Positions 1 through 5,207 of a DNA stretch of 5,207 bases are shown one piece after another. Each line of letters starts with the position of its first letter. Positions within the stretch are counted from its first letter, which is position 1. Made by a program: the position numbers and the translations under genes. Below the pieces are notes generated by a model. It made no database searches. It worked only from the letters and a program-made list of their open reading frames with translations, and was not told where the DNA came from. The stretch is from NCBI GenBank assembly GCA_027031765.1, contig JALVPN010000083.1:1-5207 (forward strand), given 5' to 3'. The stretch is from Promethearchaeota archaeon (GTDB lineage Archaea > Asgardarchaeota > Thorarchaeia > Thorarchaeales > Thorarchaeaceae).

Positions 1-2067
1 TCCCGTACGTGCTGGTTTTACCTGAACGACACCGTGACCGGCAGACCCGTGACATCGGCCACGGTCACTGCGGTGTTCACCGGTACCCAGACGGTGCTTG
101 TCGCGAACGGCACTCCGGGCTTCTTCACAGGCACGGTCAACAGCACTGGGCTTGCAGTGGGCCAGTACTCCATGGTCGTACGGGTGTACGAGCAGAACCA
201 CGACTTCCTGGACCTGGAACTGCTGGTCAACGTGGTGCCGAGGCCAACAGCGCTCCGTCTGAAAGGAGGCCAGCAGTCTCTCACAGTATACTATGGTGAC
301 GTGCTCAACGTCACGGTAGAGTACATCGACCTCGTTTCCAGTGACTATGTTGCCGGGGCGAACGTGACCTTTGCCCTCTCTGACATCGCAGGCCAGGCCG
401 TGTTGGGACCCGACGGCACACATCGGGTGCTCATTGACACCTCCGGCCTCTCGGCCGCATCGTACAGCCTCAGACTCGTCGCCCATCACTACGGCCATGT
501 CACACAGGTCCGCAGCATCTCTGTGACCGTCCTCGCACTCCCAGTCGACGTGGGCGTGGACCAGACCCTGCTTGTGGGGCATCACGGTGACACTGTGACG
601 GCGACGTTCTACCTCCACGACACACACAACGACAGGCCAGTACCTGGTGCATCCGTGTCCGTCAAGTGGGAGGGCGGCAACCACTCGTGGACAGACTTTC
701 ATAACGGGTCGTACGTGGTGCGCATCTACCTGAACCAGACAGTACCGCAGCTCTACGAGCTCGTTGTGACGTTCTATAGACTGGACCACGAGTCGGAATC
801 GGTCAGACTCGACGTACTCCTCGCGGCCACTCCGACCACTGTATTGGGGCCGACGGAACTGTCAATACCCGTCAACGACACGGCAACCCTGGCCTACACG
901 GTCGTCAATGGCCTGAATGGAGAGACGGTCACAGACATCTCGGGGACGGCATACTGGCAGGGCATAGGCGAGTCCGTACTGACCCCGATAGCCAACGGCA
1001 GTTTTGTCCTCGACGTGCCGGGCGACCTGCCGATGGGCAGTTACGAGATTGCGGTAAGGTTCACGGGTGTGACATACTCGATACCCATCACGAACCTCAG
1101 GGTGACCGTGCGCACCGTCAGGACGGCACTGGTGGTCCAGAACACGACGGTCTCGACATCGCCGGGCTCGGTCATCATCTTGACAGTGACATATCTTGAT
1201 GTCGACCACAACAGGGGCATCTCAGGGGCGGATGTCGAGCTCGTCTACAATGAGGATGACATGACGTACTATGCTGACCGGACGACAGAGCACAACGGGG
1301 TCTACACCTTCGAGTTCCTGGTCACCGGTGCCCGTACGTTCACGATGACGGCCATCTTCTCAAAGGAGGACTACGACACCAAGACCGTGGTCTTCACGAT
1401 AGAGTCCGACATAACAGCAGGACAGCGATTGGCACAACAGGTCACCTTCGCCGGGAGCACAATCGTCGTCGTTGTTGCCGTCCTCGGGTTCCTCTATGCC
1501 AAGATATGGAGCGTGCCCAGGGAGATACGGATCATCAACAGGATGATGGGTGCACTCCGGAAGGGCAAGGTGCCCAAGCCCACGAAGATGCCGTCACGTG
1601 GTGACGTCCTCCTCGGGTTCATGAACGAGGACCTGGCGCCAGTGGGGATAACCAAGACCCCCGAAGATGCTGTGGACCACACCGTTGAGGCCATCGTACC
1701 AGAGGTCGACGCCCTACTGGACAGGCTGGTAGAGATCACCGGTCTCGGCCCAGATGAGATAGCAGCCTTCAGGACCGACCTCGCAAGGATGCCCGCCAGT
1801 GAACGTGTGGGCTTCCTCAGGGAGGTCATCACACAGGAGGAACAGCGCCGTGCACAGGCACTGGCAGAGGCGGAGGCGGAGGCCAAGGAGGTCGAGGAGG
1901 CGGAGCTCTTAGGCGCAATGCCCGAAGAGCTTGAGGCCATCCGCAGGAGACTACGGGAGAAAGGGATTGAAGACTCTGAGATAGACCTCATAATAGAGCA
2001 GGCAAAGAAACTGACCAAGGCCGACTTCAAGGCCCTCCTCGAGAGCATGGGGATCCGCATGGACTAG
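1..2067 (+). CDS. Large single-pass cell-surface/S-layer-like glycoprotein with Ig-like beta-sandwich repeats, a C-terminal TM helix and a cytoplasmic tail (5'-truncated)
   Basis: The frame is open from base 1 (SRTCWFYLNDT then the 34..2067 ORF), so the true start lies upstream of the window. The ectodomain is T/V-rich with alternating beta-strand patterns and 11 N-x-S/T sequons by hand count. A hydrophobic segment VTFAGSTIVVVVAVLGFLYA (1441-1500) is followed by a basic stretch (KIWSVPREIRIINRMMGALRKGK, positive-inside) and an acidic helical tail. GC3 is about 82% in a 60-codon sample. The tail style resembles giant membrane proteins of Asgard archaea as I recall them (inference). Confidence 0.9.
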   Translation, partial: SRTCWFYLNDTVTGRPVTSATVTAVFTGTQTVLVANGTPGFFTGTVNSTGLAVGQYSMVVRVYEQNHDFLDLELLVNVVPRPTALRLKGGQQSLTVYYGDVLNVTVEYIDLVSSDYVAGANVTFALSDIAGQAVLGPDGTHRVLIDTSGLSAASYSLRLVAHHYGHVTQVRSISVTVLALPVDVGVDQTLLVGHHGDTVTATFYLHDTHNDRPVPGASVSVKWEGGNHSWTDFHNGSYVVRIYLNQTVPQLYELVVTFYRLDHESESVRLDVLLAATPTTVLGPTELSIPVNDTATLAYTVVNGLNGETVTDISGTAYWQGIGESVLTPIANGSFVLDVPGDLPMGSYEIAVRFTGVTYSIPITNLRVTVRTVRTALVVQNTTVSTSPGSVIILTVTYLDVDHNRGISGADVELVYNEDDMTYYADRTTEHNGVYTFEFLVTGARTFTMTAIFSKEDYDTKTVVFTIESDITAGQRLAQQVTFAGSTIVVVVAVLGFLYAKIWSVPREIRIINRMMGALRKGKVPKPTKMPSRGDVLLGFMNEDLAPVGITKTPEDAVDHTVEAIVPEVDALLDRLVEITGLGPDEIAAFRTDLARMPASERVGFLREVITQEEQRRAQALAEAEAEAKEVEEAELLGAMPEELEAIRRRLREKGIEDSEIDLIIEQAKKLTKADFKALLESMGIRMD

Positions 2068-2101
2068 GGCGCCAATATGTGTGCCTCCCTGATGGCGCCC
2101 T
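2066..2101 (+). terminator. Possible terminator/stem-loop directly after the surface-protein stop codon
   Basis: 9-bp perfect inverted repeat AGGGCGCCA (2066-2074) / TGGCGCCCT (2093-2101) with an 18-nt loop, followed by a pyrimidine-rich tract (ttccaccttcccgctccc). The function is inferred; archaeal terminators are usually oligo-T rather than hairpins. Confidence 0.3.
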
Positions 2102-2426
2102 TCCACCTTCCCGCTCCCACACTCTGCGACCAGATGGCATGCCACACGGCGCAGTGCCTACGATGTCCGAGTCGAAGTAAATAGTGGTGTCCGCGCGTTT
2201 CAAGACACTTCCCAGAGCTCCCCATTCACCCTCCCAAGCGGCATTGACCCCAAGGGTATCGCAAGAATGACTATCGAGTGAACAGGAGGTGCAAAGCCTG
2301 CGGTCGTACCGGCGGACCTAACAATGCCCGGTGCGATGGTGCTCCAGTCCTACATACGAATACCCAGTATGTGTCCCCCGATGGTCCAACAAGAAGTGTG
2401 CCAATGCATGACCTATCTTGTCTGGG

Positions 2427-2460
2427 GCACTGCTACTAATGGGGCCTTAGGTAGCAGGGC
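2427..2460. other. Stem-loop in the intergenic gap between convergent genes
   Basis: CTGCTAC (2430-2436) / GTAGCAG (2451-2457) is a perfect 7-bp stem. It extends inward by TAA/TTA across a one-base bulge and outward by 2 bp past one mismatch. Role unknown. Confidence 0.3.
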
Positions 2461-2618
2461 GACACTGCGTCAATGACCACTTGCAAGGTACACGAAGATG
2501 CGAGGGATTCTCCACATGCTGGTCTTGCTCAATGACTGTACGGTACCATTGATGGCGGATACCACGGTGGGCCCCGCAACCTGTACAATGGGCATTGGCT
2601 GGCGGAAAAGTGCTCTCC

Positions 2619-3086
2619 TCACAGTCGCCTCCTGAACTCGTCGACATCTGGCATCTCCATGGGAACGTACTTTCCCTTCTCCCAGTGGAGGACTTCGTAC
2701 TCGCCTGTGTTTGCAAGAAGACTGCCTATGGTGAATGCAGCAGTGACCGGACACGCCAAGGCAAGGGTGAGGGGACGCTCACCTATGCGTGACTTGATCC
2801 GCTCCATGACTGCCGCAGCATCCTCAGACCACCGGATAATCTCCTTGGATGAGAGTTCCTTTGGTGTGCCAATCTCGGCGACAACACAGTACCCGGCTCT
2901 TTCCACATCGGTCTTCACATCGTGACTGAAACTCACAACCACTGCGGGTTGCCTATCAAAACAGGCATGCAGACTATACGGGGCCTTCCCACCGTTCCCG
3001 AAGAGGCCCGCAATCTCCTTGTATACCGTCCGGATTGTCACAACGCTACCAACAAGACTTGCAACGTGAAACAGAATCTCTGCCAT
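2619..3086 (-). CDS. N-terminal hydrophobic helix + half (C-terminal lobe) SAVED-like domain protein, 155 aa
   Basis: ATG at 3086 (the track uses the in-frame TTG at 3095). The N-terminus ILFHVASLVGSVVTI is hydrophobic. The C-terminal ~110 aa contain AVVVSFSHDV...LTLALACPVTAAFTIGSLL...YEVLHWEKGKY, matching the SAVED C-lobe pattern as I recall it (strand-S, then HLFxAxPxxxAFxxG, a terminal aromatic strand and a final Y). The clear paralogue at 3535-4008 confirms it is coding. Confidence 0.75.
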   Translation of the reverse strand: MAEILFHVASLVGSVVTIRTVYKEIAGLFGNGGKAPYSLHACFDRQPAVVVSFSHDVKTDVERAGYCVVAEIGTPKELSSKEIIRWSEDAAAVMERIKSRIGERPLTLALACPVTAAFTIGSLLANTGEYEVLHWEKGKYVPMEMPDVDEFRRRL

Positions 3087-3123
3087 CGCGTACAAGACTC
3101 CCGCCGCACACAGAGTACAGTGA

Positions 3124-3138
3124 CTTATTGCTTTTTTG
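3124..3138 (-). promoter_or_regulatory. Weak BRE/TATA-like element for the minus-strand half-SAVED gene
   Basis: The minus strand reads CAAAAAAGCAATAAG: a purine-rich BRE-like run plus an AT-rich box ending 38 nt before ATG 3086. A mirror ATAAG (3496-3500) lies 35 nt before ATG 3535 of the divergent gene. The match to the archaeal consensus is poor. Confidence 0.25.
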
Positions 3139-3195
3139 CCATCTGGCTCGCAGGGCCGGACATGGTCTAGTACACAACACCCACACAGATACGCT

Positions 3196-3297
3196 GATTG
3201 TGGACTGGGAACTCAACACTGTGACGTGTACGTCCCCGACTCATCGAAGAGAGCGTTGTCACTCCGTTGACTGTGGACTGAGTGGATCTCAACACTG
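3196..3297. repeat. Imperfect direct repeat pair (26 and 29 nt) separated by 47 nt
   Basis: GATTGTGGACTG---GGAACTCAACACTG (3196-3221) vs GACTGTGGACTGAGTGGATCTCAACACTG (3269-3297): 24/26 aligned bases identical plus one 3-nt indel. Confidence 0.8.
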
Positions 3298-3534
3298 GGG
3301 CCCGTCACGCCCGCCCGCTACGTCCGGGGGTCTGCGATGGCTGCATGGGGTCCAGACGGAGCTGGAAACAGTCGAGGCCAACCTACGTCCCTGTCGGCCC
3401 TGCAAGATTCCCCCTGCTCACGGCACACATTCTCCCACAAGACCGTGTCCAACACCGTGCCAGCCCCACATGGCTGGTGCACGCCCGTCAAGTCCATAAG
3501 GCGGGGTGTGTCACAGCAGGAAAGAGGCATACCA

Positions 3535-4008
3535 ATGAGGACCTGGGCGGAAACCGAGAAGAGGACACTAAGAATGGGCAGGATTACAGTCACTCTCCCA
3601 GTGGAGATTGCGGCTTCTCTCCAGAGGCAGGCGCCGCCAACCCGCAGGAGAATGAGGCGAGCAGCAATTGCAGTGAGCATCACGAGGGATATCGCCAATG
3701 ACCTGCAGCAGGAAGGACACCACGTGATTGCTGACATCGCCACTCCCCGTCCCGTCCCGCCAGCCTACATGCCATACATTGCCATGGACGCGTCTCTCGC
3801 TATCGACAGGATACGGCGCGCGGTGCGGGCAAAGACCCTGTGGGTCGCACTGTGCTGCCCCGTGGCCATCGCCTTCATGATGGGCATTCTCCTCGGGCAC
3901 CACTCCACCTACCGACTACTGCACTGGGAAAACGGTTACAAGTCACTCCCTGCGTACAGCCTCGACCGCTTCCGCAAACGCTGCACAGAGATCCGCCAGT
4001 CCACCTGA
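3535..4008 (+). CDS. RHH-like N-terminus + half (C-terminal lobe) SAVED-like domain protein, 157 aa (144 aa if it starts at ATG 3574)
   Basis: ATGs at 3535 and 3574 are each preceded by AAGAGG; the track's 3337 extension looks non-protein-like. The C-terminal part AAIAVSITRDI...LWVALCCPVAIAFMMGILL...YRLLHWENGY aligns to the 2619-3086 protein with a single gap. MGRITVTLPVEIAASLQRQA resembles the beta-strand and helix A of CopG/Arc/MetJ ribbon-helix-helix proteins. Confidence 0.75.
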   Translation: MRTWAETEKRTLRMGRITVTLPVEIAASLQRQAPPTRRRMRRAAIAVSITRDIANDLQQEGHHVIADIATPRPVPPAYMPYIAMDASLAIDRIRRAVRAKTLWVALCCPVAIAFMMGILLGHHSTYRLLHWENGYKSLPAYSLDRFRKRCTEIRQST

Positions 4009-4459
4009 ACGAAAAACGCACCAGCTCCAGATGTCCTTACCACAAGCCCCCTCGTACTCATCGACTCCGTGAGCCCTGACGATGTGCTGGAAAAGTGCCC
4101 TCTTGGCCCAGCAGGCAGTGCTTCCAGTGCCTAGGATGGACATCATTAGTGGGGCCGCTCACGTGGTGGCGACTGTCCCAGAACAGGCAATGCTGGTGGG
4201 ACAGGTTTCCGGAACCATTCAGCCCACATGTGTCTGGTACGTGCCCGGCTACATACTTGGTGGCTATGGGGTACAACTACTGAGCATGACACAACACTTC
4301 GGACATGTCCAGCACTGGTACCAGAAGTGCCCACATTTGAGATGGTGCCCCACTAGAACAACTTAAGTCCCGGATTGCCGGAATAGAAATAGAGGTGACG
4401 AGTGGCACACAACTGGGCCATGCGTTAGAGAAAGAGAGAAGAATGGGGCTGGGCAGACA

Positions 4460-4777
4460 TTGTGGAGCATACTCCTGTTCATCGTTGGCTCAATTGTGAC
4501 AGTAGCGGGCGCAGCATGTGGGGCCATGTACCTCCGAGAGAGATACGGGGCCCGCCCAGTCGACTCCTATGATGTGGAGGGCCTCTTCAAGAGGAAAGGC
4601 CTCTGGGGACTGTTCCGGTCGGGAGGTCTCCAGTGCGTGATATGCGGTGAGCCGGTGACATTTGCAAACTTGGGGACGATTGCGGAGGATGAGTCGACGG
4701 GTGACGTCGACCTGATCTGTCGGCAGCCCGTGTGCCTGAGCCGATATATTGCCAGAGTTGAAGACGACATCCTATAG
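4460..4777 (+). CDS. Small membrane-anchored Cys4 zinc-ribbon protein, 105 aa
   Basis: N-terminal TM-like segment ILLFIVGSIVTVAGAACGAMYL followed by basic residues, then CVICG-x22-CRQPVC (CxxC...CxxxxC). The start is TTG with no clear SD, so the start position is uncertain; the frame is open from 4367. Confidence 0.7.
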   Translation: MWSILLFIVGSIVTVAGAACGAMYLRERYGARPVDSYDVEGLFKRKGLWGLFRSGGLQCVICGEPVTFANLGTIAEDESTGDVDLICRQPVCLSRYIARVEDDIL

Positions 4778-4891
4778 GCCACTGTTGGCCCTTGAACCTC
4801 GATGATGTCCCCCCTTCGGAGCACTGTGAGCGTTTCTGGTGGGTCTGTCAAGTGCACGCTGTGCTGCCAGTCGGGCATCCAGTGGTGCCTC

Positions 4892-5206
4892 CTACACAAG
4901 TCTTGTCTGCTCCACCTCTGGTTTCTGACCCGTAGCACCTTGGATCAGGGTTACTGCATCCTCCTCGCTGGAAATCTGGCGTGCCCCCTGTGACAACAAA
5001 TAGATAGGGAGCTGTGCTGACGGCTTGGTTCGGTCTACAGGCCTGACCACAAACAGTGGACGACCAAGGTCGACAGCATATCTCGCTTGATGACGTGTTC
5101 CACTTCTCATGCTACCCTCAACAATAATTGTTGATTCTGCTAGGGCAGCAATTATCCGGTTCCTGTGGACGAAGTTCCCAAGGGACACCTGGGATTCAGG
5201 CCCGTA
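4892..5206 (-). CDS. dprA: DprA/Smf-family (SLOG superfamily) Rossmann-fold protein, C-terminal part (5'-truncated)
   Basis: The frame is open to the window edge (YGPESQVSLGNFVHRNRIIAALAESTIIVEGSMRSGTRHQARYAVDLGRPLFVV). This matches the DprA signature FxxRNRIIxxL...VVEA...SG...A...GRxVF. It ends about 45 aa after GRPLFVV, so there is no C-terminal winged-helix domain. Confidence 0.9.
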   Translation of the reverse strand, partial: YGPESQVSLGNFVHRNRIIAALAESTIIVEGSMRSGTRHQARYAVDLGRPLFVVRPVDRTKPSAQLPIYLLSQGARQISSEEDAVTLIQGATGQKPEVEQTRLV

Positions 5207-5207
5207 C

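Noticed and set aside
1864-1905. GCGGAG/GAGG tandem repeats
   Set aside because: Explained by Ala/Glu codons in the acidic linker of the surface protein.
9-2145. ORFs 9..299(+), 18..284(-), 862..1209(-), 1494..2060(-), 1951..2145(-)
   Set aside because: Shadow frames of the GC-rich surface-protein gene with no recognisable motifs.
2068-2618. Structural RNA gene (tRNA, SRP RNA, RNase P RNA) in the long intergenic gap
   Set aside because: No cloverleaf, T-loop, SRP helix-8 or RNase P GAGGAAAGUCC signature found on either strand by eye. An Infernal/Rfam scan would be decisive.
2447-3170. ORFs 2447..2716(-), 2470..2754(-), 2595..2792(+), 2659..2925(+), 2922..3170(+)
   Set aside because: They overlap the well-supported 2619-3086 gene and have low-information, non-protein-like composition.
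3196-3297. Formal CRISPR array call
   Set aside because: Only two repeat copies, differing by an indel. Putative further copies near 3366 and 3441-3457 are too degenerate, and there is no leader or cas gene. Reported as a repeat instead.
3035-3903. ORFs 3035..3499(+), 3282..3701(+), 3318..3743(-), 3568..3903(-) and the 3337-3534 N-terminal extension of the RHH-SAVED ORF
   Set aside because: P/R/S/H-rich random-looking translations that overlap real genes or the repeat-bearing intergenic region. The paralogue's length supports a start at 3535 or 3574.
3840-4366. ORFs 3840..4079, 3943..4146, 4058..4276, 4082..4366, 4095..4283, 4146..4334
   Set aside because: Mutually overlapping short frames with no motif or SD support. 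4082..4366(+) cannot be fully excluded but has no positive evidence.
4392-4428. Strong SD-like GAGGTGA followed by an 8-codon GTG ORF (MAHNWAMR)
   Set aside because: Could be a leader peptide for the 4460 gene, but it is too short to support from sequence alone.
4567-4993. ORFs 4567..4938(-) and 4802..4993(+)
   Set aside because: They overlap the zinc-ribbon and DprA-like genes and show no recognisable features.

Overview
Probably archaeal DNA, and the C-terminus of the first protein suggests an Asgard (Thorarchaeota-like) host; this is inferred from recalled sequence style, not from a search. The window holds five credible genes. (1) The 3' ~2 kb of a very large Thr/Val-rich, N-glycosylated, single-pass surface protein with a ~185-aa cytoplasmic tail. 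(2, 3) A divergently transcribed pair of ~155-aa paralogues (about 34% identical over ~112 aa by hand alignment). Each appears to carry only the C-terminal half of a SAVED (CARF-related) nucleotide-sensing domain; one has an N-terminal hydrophobic helix and the other an RHH-like N-terminus. A 26-29 nt imperfect direct repeat lies between them. (4) A small membrane-anchored Cys4 zinc-ribbon protein. (5) The 3' end of a DprA/Smf (SLOG superfamily) gene with atypical codon usage. No cyclase, cas gene, tRNA or rRNA is visible. The best candidate for an undescribed system is the half-SAVED pair with its repeat, next to the SLOG gene.
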